A stretch of DNA of 32,000 nt from Promethearchaeum syntrophicum (GTDB lineage Archaea > Asgardarchaeota > Lokiarchaeia > Sigyniarchaeales > Promethearchaeaceae): contig NZ_CP042905.2 of the NCBI RefSeq assembly GCF_008000775.2, forward strand, positions 2,910,001 to 2,942,000, read 5' to 3'. Position numbers and translations under genes: made by a program. The notes below the pieces were generated by a model, which worked only from the letters and a program-made list of their open reading frames with translations, ran no database searches and was not told the DNA's origin. Below, piece by piece: positions 17,035 to 25,340 of this stretch. Within the stretch, counting starts at the first letter, position 1, and every line of letters begins with the position of its first letter.

Positions 17035-17557
17035 ATTTCTGTGATAGTAACCTTTCCAACCTTTATTTCAAATTTTACGGACGTAAATCAGAAATCAATA
17101 TTCTCGTAACTCTCAAATTATTTAACTAAGAACGTTCTGATTTTATGACATTTAAGCCATATTTGATAAATTACTTTAGAAAATTCTCCAATAGATGTTA
17201 TAGTAAAATTTTATTTTTTAAAGACGATCCACAGAAACGCTCAAATTTTTATTTAAAATATATTGACAACATATTGCTTTATATATAATCTACATACCCA
17301 AAATTATCGGTTTGTCTAAATATTAACCCTAACTTCAGAAAAACATGGACACTCCCGAATTGACAAAATCGGAATACTTTTTATTGAAACCTATAAATAA
17401 CTTTAGATCTGATATAATTCCCATAGTATTTTTTGCATTTAATTTAAATAAAATGAAAGAGAATTATAATTAACTAATAATTTTTTTAAATAAACACTTC
17501 ATTAATTAAAGCAGAAATTAAGTGAATAGGCAAATATTCAGATTTTTGGTGCGGTAA

Positions 17558-18340
17558 ATGGCAAAAACTATTAAAAAATTAATCAAACATATCATCCAAT
17601 ACAATATTTTCGATTATTTTATTCCAAAATTACGAAAATTTTATAAAAAAATTGGAATCTTAGAATTCATGGACACCAGATTTTATTGGGTAGCATGGCG
17701 CATTGTACGACTAGCAAAACACATGTTATGGCGAGGAAAAGTTACTGGAGTTTCAAATATTCCACAAAAAGGAGCTGCAATATTTCTACCCAATCACAGC
17801 CACGCACTTGATCCGTTCTTATCTGCATCCAATGTTCCGCGTAAAGTCCATTGGGTTTCAAAACTTGAAAATTATAAATATCCTTTATTTCGACCGATTC
17901 TTCAATGCACCGGCTCTATTCCACTCCGAAGAGGTCAATCTGATCAAAACGCTATCCGATTGATTAAGAATGAATTAAATCGCGGGGAAATTGTTGGAAT
18001 GTTTCCTGAGGGTACCCGAACAAAAGATGGTCAACTTCGGCGTTTTCATACAGGAGCTGCTCGACTTTGTATAGAATATGGAATTCCTTACATTCCAGTA
18101 GGAATACGAAACTCATTTAAATTAGAAGTAGGACGAAATGTTGAAGTTCATATCGGAAAACCTCGATATCCAGATCCATCATGGAAACTTAATTATGAAA
18201 ACGCAAAGAAATTTACAGATTTGATGAGAAAAGATATCGCAGCTCTAGTACATAATGAAGAGCCTAAATCGATAAGAATATATGAACATGAAGAGATTTT
18301 CCCAGTTCATATTAAAAAATCTCCTACAATGGAGAACTAA
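17558..18340 (+). CDS. 1-acyl-sn-glycerol-3-phosphate acyltransferase-like (PlsC/LPLAT family) protein
   Basis: The HX4D acyltransferase motif (NHSHALDP), FPEGTRT block and IPYIPVGI block occur in the canonical order and spacing. An N-terminal hydrophobic segment is present. Confidence 0.85.
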   Translation: MAKTIKKLIKHIIQYNIFDYFIPKLRKFYKKIGILEFMDTRFYWVAWRIVRLAKHMLWRGKVTGVSNIPQKGAAIFLPNHSHALDPFLSASNVPRKVHWVSKLENYKYPLFRPILQCTGSIPLRRGQSDQNAIRLIKNELNRGEIVGMFPEGTRTKDGQLRRFHTGAARLCIEYGIPYIPVGIRNSFKLEVGRNVEVHIGKPRYPDPSWKLNYENAKKFTDLMRKDIAALVHNEEPKSIRIYEHEEIFPVHIKKSPTMEN

Positions 18341-18343
18341 TCC

Positions 18344-18355
18344 TTTTTTCTTTTT
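18344..18355 (+). terminator. oligo-T tract after the acyltransferase gene
   Basis: T6 (18344-18349), C, then T5 (18351-18355) begin 4 nt after the TAA at 18338-18340. Confidence 0.45.
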
Positions 18356-18427
18356 CCATTCTTATTCTATTCTACTAATTTATTGCACTCATACGGATAT
18401 TTTTACTTATTTCTTTATATTCATTTG

Positions 18428-18784
18428 ATGAACTGTTCCAAATTTACCAATCTGGTGCTTGATATTCTTAATAATAATGGCAAATCGTTCAATGATCTGA
18501 AAAAACGCTTTTATATTTCACTCAATACCCCCAAAATGGAATTTACTGTTAAATACAAGAAGGATTTACGGGGATTTGAATTCATCACAATTAGTTACGT
18601 TTTTTCCCAAATACAAGATGAGAATCCTGATAGCGATATATTAAAGTTTCAAATTGATAAAAAGAGCCGATCTTGGAAACTTCTATATGATAGATCTACT
18701 GAATATTTTCAAAATTTGATAAATATACTCCAATCGCTCGATATTCGTTATGAAAAGGTTTTGTGTTGTGAAAAATTATATTAA
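18428..18784 (+). CDS. hypothetical protein (118 aa from ATG)
   Basis: The track ORF starts at TTG 18383. The first ATG at 18428 gives MNCSKFTNLVLDILNNNGKSF... I recognise no motif. Confidence 0.4.
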   Translation: MNCSKFTNLVLDILNNNGKSFNDLKKRFYISLNTPKMEFTVKYKKDLRGFEFITISYVFSQIQDENPDSDILKFQIDKKSRSWKLLYDRSTEYFQNLINILQSLDIRYEKVLCCEKLY

Positions 18785-19228
18785 TTTGTTGATTTTGTCA
18801 TCCATAATTTTTAATTTTTTCTTGGTTTTATGCCTTAAATTTACGATAAATCGATTCATTTTAATTTCTTACATCGGTTAATAAGATTAATTTCTTTTTT
18901 CCCTCCGTCAAAAATCTTCCTTCCCACTCAAAAATATTTCCCTAACACTTTACTACTTAATTCCGAAGGTTTTTTTGTCGTTCTAAATTTTTTATCAATT
19001 ACATTTTTAAATTTTTTTCAAAGCTCTTTTTTCTTCTATCCAATTTTTAGATTTCCTTCCCAATTTTTCTCAATTTCTCAAAAAACTTCAAAACATTTAA
19101 ATACTCATTTTACAATTATTAAAATAGGTTGAAAATTTCATTAATACGTCGACAAAAATACCCATTTTTGCTGATGCTTCAATAATTTTTAATGGTTTTC
19201 AATCCGTAATTCGCGGAGAAGAAAAAAA

Positions 19229-19447
19229 ATGGCAAAAAAGAAAAGATCATTTGCATGGTCACCTGTTCGTAAGTTAATGAAGAAATCGGGTGCCAACATC
19301 GTCGCTCGAGATGCAGTTGAATTATTAATCATCGATTTAGAAAAAACTGCAACCACATTGACTAAAAAAGCATTAGGATTTGCACGACATGCTAAACGTA
19401 AGAAGATTGCTAAAGAAGATATGGATTTAGCAATTAAATACCTTTAA
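19229..19447 (+). CDS. archaeal histone (HMf-type histone fold) with short basic N-terminal extension
   Basis: 72 aa. It aligns by eye to HMfB along its length (FAWSPVRKLMKKSGA.. versus LPIAPIGRIIKDAGA..; ARHAKRKKIAKEDMDLAI versus ARHAGRKTIKAEDIELAV). It adds the leader MAKKKRS. Confidence 0.85.
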   Translation: MAKKKRSFAWSPVRKLMKKSGANIVARDAVELLIIDLEKTATTLTKKALGFARHAKRKKIAKEDMDLAIKYL

Positions 19448-19473
19448 AATTTAATCTATTAGAGGTATTTTAG

Positions 19474-19483
19474 TTTTTTTTTT
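19474..19483 (+). terminator. oligo-T (T10) terminator after the histone gene
   Basis: A run of ten T residues lies 27 nt downstream of the histone stop codon. Confidence 0.5.
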
Positions 19484-19552
19484 ATTTCTTTTTGATAACC
19501 GATTAAATTCGATTAGTATTTTGATATTTTTAAATATTGGAGTTTTAAATAG

Positions 19553-20270
19553 AAATCGGATCTTGAACTTGCCAATAAATCAATTCTGGTTTTAACTTTA
19601 TTAGTTGTCCCTCTGTGTGTTATTCTCTTCTTTCTAAAAATTAATTTTAAACAATTTGCGGGAAAAAATTTTGAGGAATCGTAGGGTTTAATACTTCCCA
19701 CTTCTGCATGTATTTTTGTAGTACAGGGGATAATGGAAGAAACGCTATTTAGAGATATTATTAAGAAACATTTGTATTTTAAGATAAAAGAGTTTCACGA
19801 TTCTGATAAGAAATGGTTCAAAAAGTAGATTGTGGTGTGATTTCAGTAATTTTTGGAAACATTCTAATAATTTCTATTCCTTTTTGGGGAGATGCTTTAC
19901 GATTTATCGCTGCTATTATACCAATATGTGAAAGGGTTGCATTAAGAGATGGAGATTTACAAAGACCTCTGGGTGATTATCTGGGCGTTGCAATCCCTGC
20001 ATCTGTTAACATGCTTGTATAGCCATTTTATCTAAGAGTTGGAATATTAATATAGGTGGGGATCTAATTCTCTATAAAAAAACTAAAGATCCATTGATGG
20101 CAGCTTTGGCAGTATCAGCAATGATTTGTAGTTTTGCCCACTTTCAAGATTGGCGTTATGTTTTATTTGCAACCTTTTCTGGTTATGGATACGGATACGC
20201 TTACTACAAAACGGAAAATTTGGCTGGGGCAGCGTTAGTTCATATGGGAGTTGATGCAGTTTGGAGTTAA
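19553..20270 (+). pseudogene. decayed CPBP-family (CAAX/Abi-type) intramembrane protease gene
   Basis: CPBP motif 1 (EETLFR, 19736-19753), motif 2 context (ICSFAHF) and motif 3 (LVHMGVD) are all present. The reading frame is broken: it has no start codon, in-frame TAG codons at 19550, 19682 and 19826, and at least two frame changes (frames of 19553, 19813 and 20010). Confidence 0.55.
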
Positions 20271-20470
20271 ATTTTATCTATTCCTTAAAAAATTAGAAAT
20301 TATTGAAAGAAAATCAGAAAATAGTAAAAAAATATGGATTTAGAAGGGATTGAATTATGCTTTGTAAGTCATAATTTTTGAAAAATTTGGACTTCCTAAG
20401 CTTTTTATAGGTGGAATACTATATATAATTTAGTAATCTAATATAGTATCGAATGGATGGTATATAAAAA

Positions 20471-21034
20471 ATGATACGTCAAGTAAAACAATTCCAAGCT
20501 GAAGCGTTAATTAATTCCGAAACATATCGCAATTTTGTCCAAAAAACCCAATCTGAAATACTTAGGGGAATCTCTACTGTGGTTGTGCTCAAGATTATTA
20601 ATTCTCACGCTAAGGAAGGAATTTATGGTTATCTTTTATTACGCGAGTTGGAAGAATCAACAAAAAAAACACTCGTGATAGAAGAGGGAACACTCTATCC
20701 TTTACTAAAGAAGTTAGAAAAGGAAAAAGTAATTCGATCTGAACGAAAAGATGTTCAGGGGCGATCTCGTAAATATTATTTTATTACCCCTGAAGGTCAG
20801 AAAATTCAAAACCATTTAATGGGATTCTTTTCAAAATTGGTTGAATCGATGAGTGATTTAATGGATATCAATGTAGATTTACCGCAGAAAAATGTTCTTT
20901 TTTGCCCTAATTGTGCTAATCGAATCGATCTAAAGGATCCTGATTCTCATTTCTGTGAAGTATGTGGATTGAATATTCAGAATTTAAGGTTTGTTCCCAA
21001 AACAAATAATGAAAATGGAGATGAAATATTATGA
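20471..21034 (+). CDS. PadR-family transcriptional regulator with C-terminal zinc-ribbon
   Basis: It carries the classic PadR wHTH signature (GYLLLRELEE...EEGTLYPLLKKLEKEKVIRSERK...RKYYFITPEGQK) and a C-terminal CPNC...CEVC motif. Confidence 0.85.
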   Translation: MIRQVKQFQAEALINSETYRNFVQKTQSEILRGISTVVVLKIINSHAKEGIYGYLLLRELEESTKKTLVIEEGTLYPLLKKLEKEKVIRSERKDVQGRSRKYYFITPEGQKIQNHLMGFFSKLVESMSDLMDINVDLPQKNVLFCPNCANRIDLKDPDSHFCEVCGLNIQNLRFVPKTNNENGDEIL

Positions 21035-22194
21035 ATAGATATAATTATATTATTGACGATTTTCTAAAAAAAGTGAAGGAAAAACTACCTTCATGGATTC
21101 GGGAAGATAAAAAAGAATGTACCGATATTTTAGAAGAAATGGAAGAACATATTTTGGATCTTGCTCAAGAATTGGCAGGAGGTCCAGAAGAAGAGGCCGA
21201 TATAGAAAACATTCGCGAAGCTATTGCCCGGATGGGATCTCCTGAGGAAATTTCAAAGGAATATAAAAAAAGAGGAACTCCGAAGTATTATTTAACGGAA
21301 GAATGGATTCCTTGGTATAAAAATGTATTAGGTATAGTTATAGGCGTAATAATGGCAATAAATGTGATAACCCTAATATTTTCAATCGATGATGGGGAAA
21401 GTTTTTGGGAGATAGCATTAGGTTTCCTCAATGGATTATGGGGGTCAACTCTATTTTCATTCATCATAATCAGTGTTATTTTCATTGCGTTATCAATGGA
21501 AGGCTTTATGCCCCATGATTTTGCAGAAATGTACAATAAATATGGTAAATATGTGGAAAAAGAACCCAGTAAAACGAAGAGAGGAACACACGGTCATCAT
21601 TTTCAACGGGAAATGGAGAGAGTTGAACGTGATCTTCATAGGGTAGAAAAAACAGTTGAAAAAGCCACAAAAGAAGTGGAGAGAGCAAAAGCAACAGTAT
21701 CAGTGAAAATTCAAAAGAAAACTAAAAGAAAACCACCAATTAAGGTTGGAGACTGCTTGGCGAGCGGAATATTTGGAATATTATGGGGTTTGTTCCTGAT
21801 AATGCAACCAATTGAAAGTTTTAATGTGAACTTCACTCCAGAATTCTTAGAATTTGTGAGATTTATGGGTACCCTAGCTTTCAGTGAAGCAATAATTAAC
21901 CTTTTCCAAGCATTTGCGGGAATCTCTCGGTCATTTACTCAACAAATATTACTCTTCCTCTTAGGTATTGTGCAAGTATTGAATATTTTAGTCTTTGTCA
22001 GCGCTCTTAAAAGCCCAGAAATTCTTTCAATGTTCTCACTTGCATCAGGTTGGACTTGGGACCCAACTACAGTGTTTAAAATTTTGATGTATATATCTAT
22101 ATTCGGAACAGGAATTGACATCCTTAAAAAGTTGGGCGATATTGGGATGTATCAAGGCCGTTTAGAAAGATATTATGTTGAAACTTTTGATTAA
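21031..22194 (+). CDS. DUF1700/HAAS-like membrane protein partnered with PadR
   Basis: Its start overlaps the PadR stop (ATGA). The N-terminal helical domain ends in MGSPEEISKEY, typical of DUF1700 proteins. Multiple TM helices and a central charged coiled segment follow. Confidence 0.7.
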   Translation: MNRYNYIIDDFLKKVKEKLPSWIREDKKECTDILEEMEEHILDLAQELAGGPEEEADIENIREAIARMGSPEEISKEYKKRGTPKYYLTEEWIPWYKNVLGIVIGVIMAINVITLIFSIDDGESFWEIALGFLNGLWGSTLFSFIIISVIFIALSMEGFMPHDFAEMYNKYGKYVEKEPSKTKRGTHGHHFQREMERVERDLHRVEKTVEKATKEVERAKATVSVKIQKKTKRKPPIKVGDCLASGIFGILWGLFLIMQPIESFNVNFTPEFLEFVRFMGTLAFSEAIINLFQAFAGISRSFTQQILLFLLGIVQVLNILVFVSALKSPEILSMFSLASGWTWDPTTVFKILMYISIFGTGIDILKKLGDIGMYQGRLERYYVETFD

Positions 22195-22200
22195 AGTCAG

Positions 22201-22208
22201 TTTTTTTT
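22201..22208 (+). terminator. oligo-T (T8) tract after the PadR/DUF1700 pair
   Basis: A T8 run starts 7 nt after the TAA at 22192-22194. Confidence 0.45.
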
Positions 22209-22268
22209 ATACTATATTTAATTTTTTCTTTTTTTCTTCTTTTTTAAGATTTTGGGTGGAATATACCT

Positions 22269-23357
22269 TTATAATTTTGCGAAAAATTCAGTTTGGGTTT
22301 TTCCTGCTTCAATATGAAGCCCTTGTTGTACGAATTTTTTCATTCCAAGCCATGGAATGATATCGGCGTTATTTGAATCATGGAAAATAGTAGAATTTGC
22401 AAGCATTGGTATTTTATTAAAATCCCGTTTCAACCTTTGGAGGAAAGCAGGAAATTTTGAAGAGCCCCCAATTACAATAATTGAAGCAAATAACTCTCTT
22501 CGGAGAGAAGGAGGAGTTTCTTTCAAAGTTTCAATTAATAATTGATCTACTGCCATATTTTTGTTATTTCCGAGGAAAGGTTTGAATAAGAATTCAGGTA
22601 CAAGTATTTTTTCTATTCCAACAATGATTGATTCATTAAAATTGGGAATATTTATTGTTTCTTTTAATGCTTCTACAAGGATTTTTGATTGTAAAATTTC
22701 ATTAAAATTCTCAACAAAATGGGTTTTAGTAGTTTTAATCTCTTCCACTAATTGTTGAAACTGTTTGTTTTTAATCGGTGTAAATTTCGTTCGAAGTAGT
22801 GATAAGAGATATTCAGATAGATGTTTCCCAGCTAGTTCTGATGATTTAACTGAATTTCTGATGGGTTGTCGTTGTTGATATTGAATAGCTCTAGTTTGAT
22901 CATACCCGAGATCCAATACTGTGCAATTTTCTAAATCATAAAAATATACACTAAACTTACTACTTGGAGCATTCACAATTCTATATATATTAAATTGTTG
23001 AAACAGGAATGCTTTCACTGTGTTTATAGTTTCTTCAGACCATAATACTGGTGTACCTAAAATTAATGTTGAATTCTCGAGAATAGAAGAGAACCGACCA
23101 AAAATAAACAATAAAAAATTTTTAAATATTTCTTCTTTGTGAAATTGCTTGGAAGAAAAAATGTCTTTAATTTCCAAAATTCCTTGGTAGGAGAAAATTT
23201 TCTGATCAAATTTATGATTTTCAAAATCAGGTGAGGTTACTGATGTAAACCGTGGAATTCCCACTTTACTTGTAAATTTTAAGGGATACACATCGTTATA
23301 GGTATTAATTTTTGCGAATCCTGTTCCTAAATCGACTAATATTACATCATCACTCAT
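22269..23357 (-). CDS. divergent actin-family ATPase (actin-related protein, ARP-like)
   Basis: 362 aa. It is collinear with eukaryotic actin by eye. Phosphate-1 is ILVDLGTGFAK (actin: VCDNGSGMCKAG) and phosphate-2 is TVLDLGYDQT (actin: IVMDSGDGVT). LAGKHLSEYL matches LAGRDLTDYL, and IIVGIEKILVPEFLFKPFLG matches [21 protein letters not shown]. The adenosine motif is IIVIGGSSKFPAFLQRLKRDF. GGAGGT lies upstream of the ATG. Confidence 0.85.
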   Translation of the reverse strand: MSDDVILVDLGTGFAKINTYNDVYPLKFTSKVGIPRFTSVTSPDFENHKFDQKIFSYQGILEIKDIFSSKQFHKEEIFKNFLLFIFGRFSSILENSTLILGTPVLWSEETINTVKAFLFQQFNIYRIVNAPSSKFSVYFYDLENCTVLDLGYDQTRAIQYQQRQPIRNSVKSSELAGKHLSEYLLSLLRTKFTPIKNKQFQQLVEEIKTTKTHFVENFNEILQSKILVEALKETINIPNFNESIIVGIEKILVPEFLFKPFLGNNKNMAVDQLLIETLKETPPSLRRELFASIIVIGGSSKFPAFLQRLKRDFNKIPMLANSTIFHDSNNADIIPWLGMKKFVQQGLHIEAGKTQTEFFAKL

Positions 23358-24237
23358 TTATATTACCTCCTGTCCTAGTTCCGAGAATTGTAGATCGGAT
23401 GAACTTTTGTAAGTTTCTATACTGATCCTCTCCGTTTGCAAATTCAAAAATAGGAATTTTTAGAATTAAAGATAAATTTTCGGATAAAATCATATGATCA
23501 TGCTTGAAAGTTATTCCGTAAATCTTTAAATTTGGTTGATTTTGACGAATTTTGAATAATTTAGGGAGAGTGTAGGCAATAAAATCCATATTTGGTTCGA
23601 TTAAAATATAAGCAAAATTTTTGTTTTCCAATAATTGATACATCAATTTTTCATTCTCTATATCAATATTCCAAAATTTAACATCACAATTTGTAAGACC
23701 ATGATCCACGAATTTGAAGATATTTAAATTTTCTAAATTTGATAACTCAGAATCTGACACAGATTGGGAAGATCTTGGAGAATTTTTTGATAGAAAATGC
23801 CAGAAATCTTGCTTTATTTGTGATTGAGGACTAATAATTCCAATATCTAAAGATGTGTTACAGATTTTTAAAACAATTTCATCATAAGGATTGAACTCTT
23901 CCATAGAAAAAATTTCGCGAACTTTGATATGACCAAACTTCTCCAAAAATAGGTTCTTCAGTTCGAAAATTATATCATTGATCAGTTCTAGATTGTCATA
24001 TTTATTCACAAATAGAATTATCGAAACCTCATTATTTAAAAAAGAAGCTATATGCATTTCCAATTCAGACATCTGTAACATTTCAATTTTCTGCTTATAA
24101 TGAGTTAATTGTGCAGAAAATGCATCAATTGCAGTTGTAAATCCCCCTATTAATTGATAATCTACTCTTGTATCAGTAAAACTATGATTATAAATGCAAA
24201 TTCCTACATTCGTGATAACCATTACTTGATGAATCAT
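23350..24237 (-). CDS. longin-like domain fused to a degenerate Ras-like (pseudo-GTPase) domain
   Basis: 295 aa. The N-terminal ~105 aa has a TRAPP/sedlin-like longin pattern (VMVITNVGICIYNHSF...QLIGGFTTAIDAFSAQL...MHIASFLNNEVSIILFVNK). The C-terminal ~170 aa follows small-GTPase strand/helix order, with VKFWNID for WDTAG and ITFKHD for NKxD, but it has no GxxxxGK[ST] P-loop. AAGGAG lies upstream of the ATG. Confidence 0.45.
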   Translation of the reverse strand: MIHQVMVITNVGICIYNHSFTDTRVDYQLIGGFTTAIDAFSAQLTHYKQKIEMLQMSELEMHIASFLNNEVSIILFVNKYDNLELINDIIFELKNLFLEKFGHIKVREIFSMEEFNPYDEIVLKICNTSLDIGIISPQSQIKQDFWHFLSKNSPRSSQSVSDSELSNLENLNIFKFVDHGLTNCDVKFWNIDIENEKLMYQLLENKNFAYILIEPNMDFIAYTLPKLFKIRQNQPNLKIYGITFKHDHMILSENLSLILKIPIFEFANGEDQYRNLQKFIRSTILGTRTGGNINE

Positions 24238-24260
24238 TTTAAAATTCTTTCTCCTTTATA

Positions 24261-25340
24261 TCAGTGAGATTCTAGATAGTTTTCTTTTAATATCGAAATA
24301 TAGCTTAAAAGAAGTTTATCGGGTTTTCTATCCTCAACATGCATATTATAGATCTGATTGATCATGTAGTTCATAGGAACAAAATCCAGAATAATATCGG
24401 ATTTTAAGAAATATACTTGTTCTTCATTTTGATCAACTACAATATCAACAATATCACTATTAATCAAATTATTGACTAAATTCATAACTTGATCGACACC
24501 GTGTAACTTTAGTTTCGTTAAAGAGCTGTGTTTGGCATAAGATTTCCTAAGAAAGTCAATAATGACCCAATAATTAGTTTGTCGTATATAACCGGCAATT
24601 TCAATATTGTCTTGCTCATTTGGCACATATTTCTTAAAGAAATCTCGAATTTTTTTTAAAATCTTTTGATTTAGTTCATTATCTTTCGCTATTTTTATCT
24701 TTTGGGATAAATCTAAAGGAGGTGCCCGAAAACATATAAGATATTTCAACAGAAAGACATAAGTGCCATCAACTCCACGCACGATAGAGGTTTTTAATAT
24801 ATCATTTTGGACTAACCCATCTATAATATATTCAAAGTTATATAATTTGGTCTTAAGGATATCCTCCAACCAAATTTTCAATTCATCCCGATAAAAACAA
24901 CCTTCTTCACTTAATGTTTTGAATATAGCCCGATTAAGATTACTCCCATACATCATTGCTCTACGTTGTTCGAGATTCGTGCTTGGAAATTCGGTACATC
25001 GCTGATAAATTGAAGGTAATAACGTATTAAAGGTATCTTCTTCAATAAAAGGTATTAAATAATATAGAAGATCGGAGATAACTTCCTTGTAATCCTCAGG
25101 TTGTTCTTCAATGGTTAGTAAAAGCGATAAGAAATAGTTATGTGTCGATCCTGTCCATACGGAGATAATATTTAATGCGCCCACATACATGGAAACAATA
25201 TCAGATTGCGCCCCGTAAAGGTGTTGAGAATATAGTTGCATCATAGTCTTATCCGATACATCTAATTCTTTTGGATATTTTCCTAACTCTTCCGCTCCCG
25301 AACGGTAATCCCATCTCCAAAGAATCATACCTATAGGCAT
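24261..25340 (-). CDS. longin-like N-domain + tandem winged-helix protein (paralogue of 10261..11535)
   Basis: 359 aa. Its ATG overlaps the stop of the upstream giant gene by 1 nt (TAATG) and is preceded by GGAGGAG. The N-terminus has a beta-beta-alpha-beta-beta-beta-alpha pattern (IGMILWRWD..GAEELGKYP..MMQLYSQHLYG..IVSMYVGALNIISVWTG..YFLSLLLTIEE..). Two WH-like units align with the 424-aa protein. Confidence 0.5.
   Translation of the reverse strand: MPIGMILWRWDYRSGAEELGKYPKELDVSDKTMMQLYSQHLYGAQSDIVSMYVGALNIISVWTGSTHNYFLSLLLTIEEQPEDYKEVISDLLYYLIPFIEEDTFNTLLPSIYQRCTEFPSTNLEQRRAMMYGSNLNRAIFKTLSEEGCFYRDELKIWLEDILKTKLYNFEYIIDGLVQNDILKTSIVRGVDGTYVFLLKYLICFRAPPLDLSQKIKIAKDNELNQKILKKIRDFFKKYVPNEQDNIEIAGYIRQTNYWVIIDFLRKSYAKHSSLTKLKLHGVDQVMNLVNNLINSDIVDIVVDQNEEQVYFLKSDIILDFVPMNYMINQIYNMHVEDRKPDKLLLSYISILKENYLESH

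Noticed and set aside
17035-17557. 520-bp ORF-free region scanned for tRNA or other structured RNA
   Set aside because: The region is very AT-rich. I could find no cloverleaf-compatible stems or conserved tRNA boxes by eye. It is probably a promoter or spacer region.
19682-19684. In-frame TAG in the CPBP gene as possible pyrrolysine or read-through codon
   Set aside because: The same gene also lacks a start codon, has two further in-frame TAGs and at least two frame changes. Decay explains this better than recoding. No pyl genes are in the window.
19513-20022. Track ORFs 19513..19701 (-) and 19813..20022 (+) as independent genes
   Set aside because: The first is antisense to CPBP-derived sequence. 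The second is most simply the middle fragment of the frameshifted CPBP pseudogene.
21288-22758. Short ORFs 21288..21536, 21506..21694, 21939..22121 (-) and 22175..22360, 22357..22545, 22561..22758 (+)
   Set aside because: They are nested in or antisense to the DUF1700-like and actin-related genes, or they sit in T-rich terminator sequence. I see no supporting signals.
22269-23357. Calling the actin-fold protein a canonical Lokiactin (close actin orthologue)
   Set aside because: It is collinear with actin, but identity is low outside the nucleotide-binding and hinge motifs and subdomain-2 regions differ. An ARP-like divergent family member is the defensible call.
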